Shown: piece after piece, positions 56,738 through 64,000 of the stretch
Layout of the letters: every line of letters starts with the position of its first letter
How positions within the stretch are numbered: position 1 is the stretch's first letter
DNA from: an uncultured virus (IMG/VR IMGVR_UViG_3300044445_000196)
Taxonomy: Duplodnaviria; Heunggongvirae; Uroviricota; Caudoviricetes
Direction: 5' to 3' (one strand)
Length of the DNA: 64,000 bases
IMG/VR virus record: IMGVR_UViG_3300044445_000196
Program-made: the position numbers and the translations under genes
Notes under the pieces: model-generated
Seen by the model: the letters and a program-made list of their open reading frames with translations, nothing else
The model's database searches: none
What the model was told of the DNA's origin: nothing

Positions 56738-57787
56738 TCATGTGCGCGGCGCGCGGAGGGCGGCGTACATGCCCTGGAACTCGTCGAAGTCCCGGGCCTG
56801 CTTCGCCGAGACAACGTCCCGGTCGATGGTGCGAGTGGTGCCGCCGAAACCGTCGTCGACTTCGATGACCGCGCCCGGGTGAGCCAGCAGCCCGTCGCGC
56901 AACTTGCCCCACGCTTCGTCGAGGTCGGCCTGCCGGCGGGGCGGGTTGCCGGGACGGCCGTAGTCGCGGTCGAGGGTGTAGGGCTCGGGGTATTCCACAC
57001 GCGGGGGTGTGCGGTGGCGGGTGTCGGGGGTGTACGCCTCGGTGAGCGTCATCGGTCCGACGTCTGGGAGTCGCTCGTCGAAGCGGGCGCGGGCGTCGTC
57101 GTTGCCGCACAGACTGCGTGCTTCGGTGACGGCGAGGTCGTACTCGTGGGGTGCGTAGTACCCGTGCGGGAGGGGGCCGGGCTCGCCGATGTAGAGGTCC
57201 TGGCGGACGTCGGCGCTGTGGCCGAAGCCGTAGACCTCGACCTTGTAGGCGGGAGTGCCGGTCGCTTGCCACAGCGCACCGTCGATGACGCGGTAACCCT
57301 CGAGGTCGGTGTTGGCGTTTCGTTCGAGGGAGGCGCGGATGAACTGGTCCGTGGCGTGGGCGGGGTAGGTCTCGTCGCGGTATCCGCGGTGCAGCTGCCC
57401 GACGGTATCCGAGGTGACCTGCTGGTGCTGCCCGTCGCGGTCTTCGACGGGTCGAAACATGCGCCCGTCGATGGTGCGGATCTGGATGACGCCGTCCCCC
57501 TGCGGGTCCCAGCGGGAGCTGGACATCGTGAGCGCGACCGGGGCGTCCTCGGCGTCGACGACAGCGACACGGACCGGGACGGTGGCCTCGAGCTCGACGT
57601 CACGGGGCTTGCGTGCGCGGGGTGGGATGACGTCGCGCTGGGTGTACCGGATGGTCGCCTCACCGACGACCTCGCTCGGTGCGGCGTCCAAGCTCAGCTC
57701 GGGGGCGGAGCGCGCGTGCTCGCCGAACTCTCCGGTGGACTGGCGGGCGTTCTCGCGGCGGGCGGCGGCATCACGGGAGATGGTCAT
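56738..57787 (-). CDS. Shared-peptide hypothetical protein
   Basis: RENARQSTGEFGEHARSAPELSL; class A motif 57795-57805. Confidence 0.8.
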   Translation of the reverse strand: MTISRDAAARRENARQSTGEFGEHARSAPELSLDAAPSEVVGEATIRYTQRDVIPPRARKPRDVELEATVPVRVAVVDAEDAPVALTMSSSRWDPQGDGVIQIRTIDGRMFRPVEDRDGQHQQVTSDTVGQLHRGYRDETYPAHATDQFIRASLERNANTDLEGYRVIDGALWQATGTPAYKVEVYGFGHSADVRQDLYIGEPGPLPHGYYAPHEYDLAVTEARSLCGNDDARARFDERLPDVGPMTLTEAYTPDTRHRTPPRVEYPEPYTLDRDYGRPGNPPRRQADLDEAWGKLRDGLLAHPGAVIEVDDGFGGTTRTIDRDVVSAKQARDFDEFQGMYAALRAPRT

Positions 57788-57805
57788 GGCTCCTATGTGC
57801 GCGGC

Positions 57806-58303
57806 TCAGGAGGAGAACGCTCGCGCGCGGGACGCCCGGGCCCAGATCCGGACGTCGATGACGAGGAGGTCTCGCAGGCGTTCGCGCGCTTGCTGAGCCG
57901 CGCCCGCGGCGTCGGCACTGTCGATGTCGGCGGTGTGTTCGACGGCGATTTGGCCGAGGGCGATGTCGTCCGCGGGGGCGGGCGCTCCGTTGCGGGTGAT
58001 GGGGCGGTGGGCCTGGCCGAGGTAGATCCGTTCGCCGCGGTCGGGGTCGTTCACGGTGGCATCGGCTGAGGTCTCATGCACGCGCACGTCGACGGGCACC
58101 TGCTCGACGCGGGTCCGTCCGAACCACCCTCGCCGGGTGACGGGAACACCGAGGCGAAGGGTGCGGGTGCGGACGGTACGCGCGGATGCTGCTGCCCCGG
58201 CGACGCGAGGGGGAACGCTCACCTCGGGGGCAGAGTGCTCCTGTGCGCCGAACTGGCCGGCGGCCTGCCGGGCGTGCTCGCGTCGTGCTGCGTTGTCGTG
58301 CAT
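57806..58303 (-). CDS. Shared-peptide hypothetical protein, partial paralog of the 57787 gene
   Basis: REHARQAAGQFGAQEHSAPEVSV; class A motif 58311-58321. Confidence 0.75.
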   Translation of the reverse strand: MHDNAARREHARQAAGQFGAQEHSAPEVSVPPRVAGAAASARTVRTRTLRLGVPVTRRGWFGRTRVEQVPVDVRVHETSADATVNDPDRGERIYLGQAHRPITRNGAPAPADDIALGQIAVEHTADIDSADAAGAAQQARERLRDLLVIDVRIWARASRARAFSS

Positions 58304-58340
58304 GACTGCCATGTGCGCGGCCAGCGCGGGCCACCCGCTG

Positions 58341-58904
58341 TCAGCGGCGGCGGCCGCCGCGGGGCCGGGGTGCGCGAACGGTCGCGCCGGCGGGGAGAGC
58401 GCTCGTGTCCGCGGCGGGGTCGCCGTAGCCGGTGCCCTGCTCGCTCTCGATGCCGGCGGCGCCGCGCTCGGAAGCTGCGACGGCCTTGATGTCCGCCCAG
58501 GCGTTGAGGACGTGCCCGCTGTGGCCCTTCACCTTCACAAGGGTGGCGGCGGGGAGGCCGCGGGCGCGGCGGGCGTCCCGAACTTGGATGAGCTGGCGCA
58601 TGATGTCGGGGTTCGCGACGGGGGTTCCGCTGGCGGTGACCCAGCTCTTGCGGTTCCAGCCGTCCATCCACTTGTCGTACGCGTTGATGACGTATTGGCT
58701 GTCGATGAGGACGGTGAGTTCGGGGACGTCGGCGTGGTGGTCGAGGGCGTTCAGCAGTGCGAGCAGTTCGCCGATGTTGTTGGTGCCGTCGCGGAGGGAC
58801 CCGGATTCCCAGCGGCCGTCCTCGCTGACCCACGCCCAGCCGGTGGGGCCGGGGTTGCGCTTGCAGGCGCCGTCGGTGGCGATGGTCACGGGGCTGGGGC
58901 TCAC
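58341..58904 (-). CDS. rnhA: Ribonuclease HI
   Basis: TDGACKRNPGP, TNNIGEL, IDSQYV, VKGHSG..LN..AD. Confidence 0.95.
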   Translation of the reverse strand: MSPSPVTIATDGACKRNPGPTGWAWVSEDGRWESGSLRDGTNNIGELLALLNALDHHADVPELTVLIDSQYVINAYDKWMDGWNRKSWVTASGTPVANPDIMRQLIQVRDARRARGLPAATLVKVKGHSGHVLNAWADIKAVAASERGAAGIESEQGTGYGDPAADTSALPAGATVRAPRPRGGRRR

Positions 58905-59047
58905 AGGGGTCTCCTCAGGTTGAGGAACGTCGCGGGCGCAGGCTGGCCTCGCCGAGCTGAAGTAAGCAGCACGGGTCGTGGGGGCCTTCGGCAGGAAAAG
59001 CTATGTCCGAGCCGGGGACCGTTGACGCCCCGCGACGTTCAGTGGGT

Positions 59048-59545
59048 CTATGCGCGGGCGACGAAGGAGGTGATCTCCCCGTCGGGGTCCAGCGTGTACT
59101 TGTGCGGGGTCTCCCCGTCCACGTACGCCATCACGTCGTAGTAGTCGTCGCTGTGGCCGGACTCGAAGACGTAGAGGGCCGCTTCGGAGCCGTTGGGGTG
59201 CGTGTTCTCGATGTGCTCGCGCAGCACCTCGGGGATCGTGTGCTTGGAGGATGCCGCCTCGAGGTCTGCGCGCAGATGCGCGATCTCGGCCTGCGCGTCG
59301 GCGAGGAGGCTGGCGGCATGGCCGGAGTTGTCGGTCTGAAAGTCCTCCCAGTCCTCGTACGCGTCATCGTCGCCATCGGCTTCCGCATACGCCTCCTGGG
59401 CGTCTGTGTAGTCGTTGAGGTAGGCGGCGATCTGTTCGTCCAGTGGCGGCTTCTCGGCGGTGAGCGCGGCTTCCGGGGCGGAGTGCCCTTTGGCGGTGAA
59501 CTCCCCGGTAGCGGCACGGGGGTGGTCCTCGGGGGTGAAGGTCAT
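59048..59545 (-). CDS. Shared-peptide acidic protein
   Basis: EDHPRAATGEFTAKGHSAPEAAL. Confidence 0.8.
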   Translation of the reverse strand: MTFTPEDHPRAATGEFTAKGHSAPEAALTAEKPPLDEQIAAYLNDYTDAQEAYAEADGDDDAYEDWEDFQTDNSGHAASLLADAQAEIAHLRADLEAASSKHTIPEVLREHIENTHPNGSEAALYVFESGHSDDYYDVMAYVDGETPHKYTLDPDGEITSFVARA

Positions 59546-59548
59546 GGC

Positions 59549-60328
59549 TCAGGCCTCTCGGGTCAGGGTGTGGGTGGTGCCGCCGGCGTCGTTGTCCTCT
59601 TCCGGGAGGTAGCCGAGGTCGATGCGGGCGAGCGTGACGCGGTAGTCCGCCATCTCCCGGGTGTTCAGATCCAGCGGGACGAGCGCGCCATCGCGGTCGT
59701 ATGCCCCGATGATGTCGGGAACGTACTCGTAGCCGCCGCGTTCGTTCTTCTGGATCAGGTCGACGAGCTCGATGCGCTCGATACCGTCGGGCATGTTCGC
59801 GCGGAGGTAGTCCTGCGCCTCGCGCTGGAAGTGGTCGTTCACGGCGGTGAGAGCGCGGCTGGCGAGGTAGTTGCGCTCCGCGGCGGCGTCGGGGTCCGGG
59901 CGCTCGGTGGGGCGCCACTCCCACCCGGCCCGGCCGCCCTTCTCGTACATGGGCTCAAGCTCGACGGCGGCGCTGTGGCCGTTGACCATCCCATTGATGG
60001 TCGGCTCGTGCTGGGTACGGTAGGTGTCGAGCCCCCAGGGCTGTTCACCCGCCTTGGTGAGGTACAGCGCGGGGATGAGCCGGCCGTCCTGCTCGATGAA
60101 GCGGACGCCTTCCACGTGCTCCGGGAGGTGGGAGGCTGCCCACGCGACGCGCGCCTCACGGCACTGAGCGGCGGCTTCCTCGCGCGCGCCCCAGGCGTCG
60201 TTCGCGGCCGCGGCGGGGTCACCGTTGACGCCCACCTCGGGGGCGGTGTGCTCCTGAGCGCCGAAGCGGCCGGAGTCCTGACGGGCGTTCTCGCGCGCGG
60301 CGGCCGCGGTGGCGGTGATGTCGGTCAT
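59549..60328 (-). CDS. Shared-peptide hypothetical protein
   Basis: RENARQDSGRFGAQEHTAPEVGV; class A motif 60336-60346. Confidence 0.8.
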   Translation of the reverse strand: MTDITATAAAARENARQDSGRFGAQEHTAPEVGVNGDPAAAANDAWGAREEAAAQCREARVAWAASHLPEHVEGVRFIEQDGRLIPALYLTKAGEQPWGLDTYRTQHEPTINGMVNGHSAAVELEPMYEKGGRAGWEWRPTERPDPDAAAERNYLASRALTAVNDHFQREAQDYLRANMPDGIERIELVDLIQKNERGGYEYVPDIIGAYDRDGALVPLDLNTREMADYRVTLARIDLGYLPEEDNDAGGTTHTLTREA

Positions 60329-60366
60329 GGTCACCATGTGCGCGGCGACCGCGCATGCACGGTCAC

Positions 60367-60864
60367 ATGACCATCCCTCTTGTCGCCAAGCCTGTCGATT
60401 GCTCGTCCGTCTGCATGACCGCGGGGCAGGTGCGCGCCACCGGCGATGACACGCTCCTGGCGATGCTCGAGGGCCGATCCGATATGCCCGACGGGGAGTT
60501 CGTCTACCGCCAGCCGAACTGCCCCGAGCACGGTGAGCCGGGGACGGTCAGCGCCGCCATCGTCAGCCTCGCCGCAGCGCACCGGGATTGGGTGGCGGCG
60601 GACTTCGACCACGAAGCAAACCCCGGCTCCTACGGCGCGATGTGCAGCGCGGACCTGACGAGCGAGCGCCGGGACGAGGCAGTCTCTGAGCTGGTTCTCG
60701 CGCTGTTGCGCGAACGCCTGGGCCTGCGGGGTGAGCCGACGGTTGACCAGGTCCGCGACGCCCTCATCGCGAAGGCGCGGGACACGGATCGCTGGAGGGC
60801 TCAGGCGGTGTCGTACGCCGCGGGTGTGGACGCGGCACTGACGGCACTGACCCGCGTCCTCTGA
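60367..60864 (+). CDS. Hypothetical protein with Cys/His cluster
   Basis: CSSVC...CPEHG; GCGCATGC upstream, divergent from class A motif. Confidence 0.6.
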   Translation: MTIPLVAKPVDCSSVCMTAGQVRATGDDTLLAMLEGRSDMPDGEFVYRQPNCPEHGEPGTVSAAIVSLAAAHRDWVAADFDHEANPGSYGAMCSADLTSERRDEAVSELVLALLRERLGLRGEPTVDQVRDALIAKARDTDRWRAQAVSYAAGVDAALTALTRVL

Positions 60865-60961
60865 CGCTTGTCCAGCTCGACGTCCAGGTCGGGGCTGTCG
60901 ACGACGAAACGGGTGAGCAGCCCCGTGACGGTGTCGTGCGCCCAGACGTGGCCGTTACCGG

Positions 60962-61804
60962 TCATCTCACGTCCAGCGTGAAAGCCGCGTCGGGGCGGTC
61001 GTTGCCAGCGGGGCGCATGCCGTCACTGCGGTAGCCGAAGCCTCGCACGCGGCCGAGGATGAACGCGTCATCCGGGTCGTCGCCATTCGGTCGACGGTGC
61101 GCGCCGCGGGTGTCCTCGAAATGCACGACCTCGAGCGCGGAAGGCCCATCTTCCGAGAAGCGCAGGTGCACGTGGGAGATGCCGGCGTCGGCGGCGCGCA
61201 TGCGGATGGAGCGTTCGAGCCAAACGTCCTTTCCGCGACGCAGCTGCGGGTTCACGATGCCGTGCTCCGCCATGTCCTGGTCGATGTCGGCCTGGTACTT
61301 CTCGATGAGCCGGTCGGCCTCGTGCTCGTCGAAGTCGAGGGAGACGCTGTCATCTCCGTGCTCGTCGACCCAGTTGCGATAGTCGAGATCGTTGCCCTGA
61401 CCGAACGACCACCCGACCTCGTACGCGAAGCTGCGCAGGGCCGGATCGAGGTCTTCCACGTCGTTCCCGTCGGCGTCCTCGGCCGACTCGAACATCAGCA
61501 TCTTCGGGCCGTTCTCGTTGTCCGGGTCGACGCGGTAGAAGACCTTGCGCACCTCGACGGGAAGGTCGCGAGCGGCGTCGATGATGTGCTCCTCGACGAT
61601 GACGTCGGCGAGCTCCTTCTGCTGACGAATCAGCTCCGCTTCCTTCTTGCGAAGGGCGTTGAGGTGGTCGCTGTCGAAACGGGGCTTGTGCGGGTGCGCG
61701 TCGAGTGTGACCTCGGGCGCGGAGTGCTGTTGGACGCCGAACTGGCCTCCGGCGGTGCGGGCGGCGTCCTGCGCTGCCTGCGCAGCGGGGTTGATGTTCG
61801 TCAT
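60962..61804 (-). CDS. Shared-peptide hypothetical protein
   Basis: QDAARTAGGQFGVQQHSAPEVTL; GGAGGA RBS; ATGA overlap. Confidence 0.8.
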   Translation of the reverse strand: MTNINPAAQAAQDAARTAGGQFGVQQHSAPEVTLDAHPHKPRFDSDHLNALRKKEAELIRQQKELADVIVEEHIIDAARDLPVEVRKVFYRVDPDNENGPKMLMFESAEDADGNDVEDLDPALRSFAYEVGWSFGQGNDLDYRNWVDEHGDDSVSLDFDEHEADRLIEKYQADIDQDMAEHGIVNPQLRRGKDVWLERSIRMRAADAGISHVHLRFSEDGPSALEVVHFEDTRGAHRRPNGDDPDDAFILGRVRGFGYRSDGMRPAGNDRPDAAFTLDVR

Positions 61805-62436
61805 GCGAGTTCCTCCGCGGCCGCACGCGCGGCGTCGTGGGTGGGGTGGGTGCTGACGAGATCCCCGTCGAGGGTGCGCACTTCCACGGGTGCGGTGTCG
61901 TCGAACGACGCTTCCACGGTCACATGGTCCCCGAATCGCCCGCCGATGGAGTGGGTCTCTTCGTTGAACCATTCGGTGATGCCGTGGTCGTCGTCGAGGC
62001 GGCTGGCCATCACCTCGCGCACGTCCCACCCGTGCCGTCCGCGGTCCATGCCATTCACGCGGAGGCGTTCGAGGTCCTCGGTGGCCTGCGTGACGAGCTC
62101 GTCGTTCGTGTCGCCGTTGTCCCAGTTGCTGTCGGTGTACTGCAGGTCGATGAGCTCGACGTCGCCGGTGGTGGTGTTGGTGCCGTTGGCCGTGATGATG
62201 GCGAGGGAGGGGTTCTCCCGGGCGTGCTCCGCGAGCGCGGCGAGCATCAGCTCACGTGTCTCGGCGCGCGTCATCGGGCGGTCGTCGCGGCCGGCGAGGA
62301 CAGCATCCACCGCCGCGTGGTGGCTGGCGGGGGCGAGGGTCGCCTCGGGTGCGGTGTGCTGCTGGACGCCGAACTGGCCTCCGGCTGTGCGTGCGGTTTC
62401 CTGCGCGGCTTTGGCGGCGGGGCTGATGTCGGTCAT
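61801..62436 (-). CDS. Shared-peptide hypothetical protein
   Basis: QETARTAGGQFGVQQHTAPEATL; class A motif 62444-62454. Confidence 0.8.
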   Translation of the reverse strand: MTDISPAAKAAQETARTAGGQFGVQQHTAPEATLAPASHHAAVDAVLAGRDDRPMTRAETRELMLAALAEHARENPSLAIITANGTNTTTGDVELIDLQYTDSNWDNGDTNDELVTQATEDLERLRVNGMDRGRHGWDVREVMASRLDDDHGITEWFNEETHSIGGRFGDHVTVEASFDDTAPVEVRTLDGDLVSTHPTHDAARAAAEELA

Positions 62437-62459
62437 ACCGACCATGTGCGCGGCCCGCG

Positions 62460-63266
62460 TCAGGGCTGGGTGAAGCGGAGGGTGAACGGGGCGCCGGTGT
62501 CGTTGCGTTCCATCTGCTGGGTCGGGTTCGTGTAGCGCGCAGCGGCCCAGAGCACTTCGTGGTCGTCGAGGACTCCGCTGCCGGCACGGTTTCGTCGACC
62601 GGCGGTGGTGTGGATGGCGACCGCTTTGAGGCCCTCCCGGCCTTCCTCGTCCCAGTCGAGCTCGACGGCTGCGAAGCCCTGCTCGCGGGCCACCTGGGCG
62701 AGGTAGCGGGTGGTGGCAGTGTCGATGTCCTCGCCAATCTCGCGGGAGCTGCGGCCGCGAGTGTTCGTGCGCCACTCCTCCTCGAGCGCGGTGATGCGGG
62801 CACGGGTGCCTTCCTTGCTCACGTCGAGGTGCGCGTAGAGCCCGTCCAGCTGGAAGTCGGCGTCCGAGACCCGGCCCCCGAGGTCGACGGATGCCTCCTT
62901 GTGGGAGGCCTCGGCGCTGTCTGGCATGTAGGTTCCACCGCGCAGGGTGCCGGTGTACTCGGCGGCGAAAACCACACCGTCGGAGTCCTTGGTGATGACG
63001 AAGCGGAGCGCGTCCGCCGTCGGGGGTGCATCGGCCCACAGCTGCGACACCCGCTGCTCGGCGATCTGCGCCTCCACCGCTTCGAGCTGCGCATCCAGAC
63101 CGGCGCGGACGGCGAGGAGGTCGTTCAATCGCTTCTGGTTCGGCGTCGGCTCGGTGACGATGAGCTCGGGGGCACTGTGCTCCTGTTGGCCGAACTGGCC
63201 GTTGGCGCGTCGGGAGGCTTCGACGACGCGGCGGTAGGCGGCGTCGGCAAGGGGAGTGTGTGACAT
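62460..63266 (-). CDS. Shared-peptide hypothetical protein
   Basis: EASRRANGQFGQQEHSAPELIV; GAGGA RBS. Confidence 0.8.
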   Translation of the reverse strand: MSHTPLADAAYRRVVEASRRANGQFGQQEHSAPELIVTEPTPNQKRLNDLLAVRAGLDAQLEAVEAQIAEQRVSQLWADAPPTADALRFVITKDSDGVVFAAEYTGTLRGGTYMPDSAEASHKEASVDLGGRVSDADFQLDGLYAHLDVSKEGTRARITALEEEWRTNTRGRSSREIGEDIDTATTRYLAQVAREQGFAAVELDWDEEGREGLKAVAIHTTAGRRNRAGSGVLDDHEVLWAAARYTNPTQQMERNDTGAPFTLRFTQP

Positions 63267-63280
63267 GGGGGTGGGTCCTC

Positions 63281-64000
63281 TCAGCGGGTGACGCCGTGCT
63301 CGGCGGCGAGGGCGGCGAGGGCCTTCTTCGCCTCGCCGGCGGTGATCTTCTCGGCCTTGCGTTGGCCCTTGATGGCGAACTCGCCGCGGACGTAGTCCAG
63401 GGGCAGGCTGTGCTTGGCGGCGACGGCGTGAGCGATCTCGTCGATGGCGCGGTCTTCGTGCTGCTCACGCTCGTCACGCTCGGCGCTGGGTGCGCCGTAT
63501 CCGCGCCAGCCGAGCTTGTCGGTGGCCCACACCACGGCGGAACGTTCGGTTTTGAACCGCTCGGTGTTCCGCCACGTTTCGGGGCCCTCGCCGTTGTCTG
63601 TGCGCACGACGAACTCGGAGCCGTCTTCGGTGAGTCCGTTTTCGATGCGTTTGGCGTCGCGGGCGACCTTCGCCTGGGCGCGCTCCTCGCGCTCGGCCTG
63701 CTGACGCTTCTCATCCGCGCTGAACATGGTGGTCGGGCGACCGAGCACCTCGACCGGCGCCGACGGGAAGCACGTTGTACAGGCGCGTTGACCGGCGGCC
63801 TCGACGATGGCATCCTCGTCCATGCCGGAGTATTCGGTCAGCCACGCGAAGCGCGTCAGCTTCCCCTCGCGGTTGCACGTCGAGCACGACATGCCGCTAT
63901 GAACGTGTCCTTGCGGGCCGGGAACGAGGAAGGCGCGGGTCCAGCCGCCGCGGTAGTCGTACTCGCCCTCGTAGTAGTCCTGCTCCTGCTGGATGGCGCG
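63281..64000 (-). CDS. Phage-type Cys/His protein, 5' end outside window
   Basis: GHVHSGMSCSTC...CTTCFPSAP; frame open to window edge. Confidence 0.7.
   Translation of the reverse strand, partial: RAIQQEQDYYEGEYDYRGGWTRAFLVPGPQGHVHSGMSCSTCNREGKLTRFAWLTEYSGMDEDAIVEAAGQRACTTCFPSAPVEVLGRPTTMFSADEKRQQAEREERAQAKVARDAKRIENGLTEDGSEFVVRTDNGEGPETWRNTERFKTERSAVVWATDKLGWRGYGAPSAERDEREQHEDRAIDEIAHAVAAKHSLPLDYVRGEFAIKGQRKAEKITAGEAKKALAALAAEHGVTR

Noticed and set aside
45855..63266. Tagged-gene array as an integron cassette array
   Set aside because: No attC-like sites or integron integrase recognised; conservation is mostly at peptide level with synonymous variation.
1..64000. Prophage, transposase, integrase, tRNA or rRNA calls
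   Set aside because: No recognisable signature motifs or cloverleaf structures found by eye; divergent examples could have been missed.

Overview
High-GC actinobacterial DNA (gene style suggests Microbacteriaceae; inferred) that looks like part of a large conjugative plasmid or extrachromosomal element. No core chromosomal, rRNA/tRNA, capsid or terminase genes were recognised. The first ~22 kb carries a transfer module: a VirD4-like coupling ATPase, a replication-relaxation-like nuclease, a NERD nuclease, two FtsK-domain ATPases, a TcpC-like protein and a VirB4-like ATPase, plus an origin-like repeat/palindrome array at ~4.7-5.0 kb. The middle holds phage-like strings of small genes, two pilin-like surface proteins, dUTPase, a PTH2-like protein, a large LuxR regulator and a DinG-family helicase. 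The main observation is a family of 17 otherwise unrelated proteins, 15 clustered at 45.8-63.3 kb, sharing one N-terminal peptide (R-x3/4-G-x-F-x4-[HRQN]-[ST]-[AD]-P-E-x2-[LV]). Twelve are preceded by the DNA motif GCCGCGCACAT or a close variant exactly 7 nt before the start codon. Two related motifs (GCGCATRG, GCCGCAGGGT) often show the same spacing in front of other functional gene classes, suggesting an element-specific, largely leaderless transcription programme. A divergent sigma-like ORF and two structured ncRNA candidates may belong to it. All family assignments come from motif recognition by eye; no searches were run.
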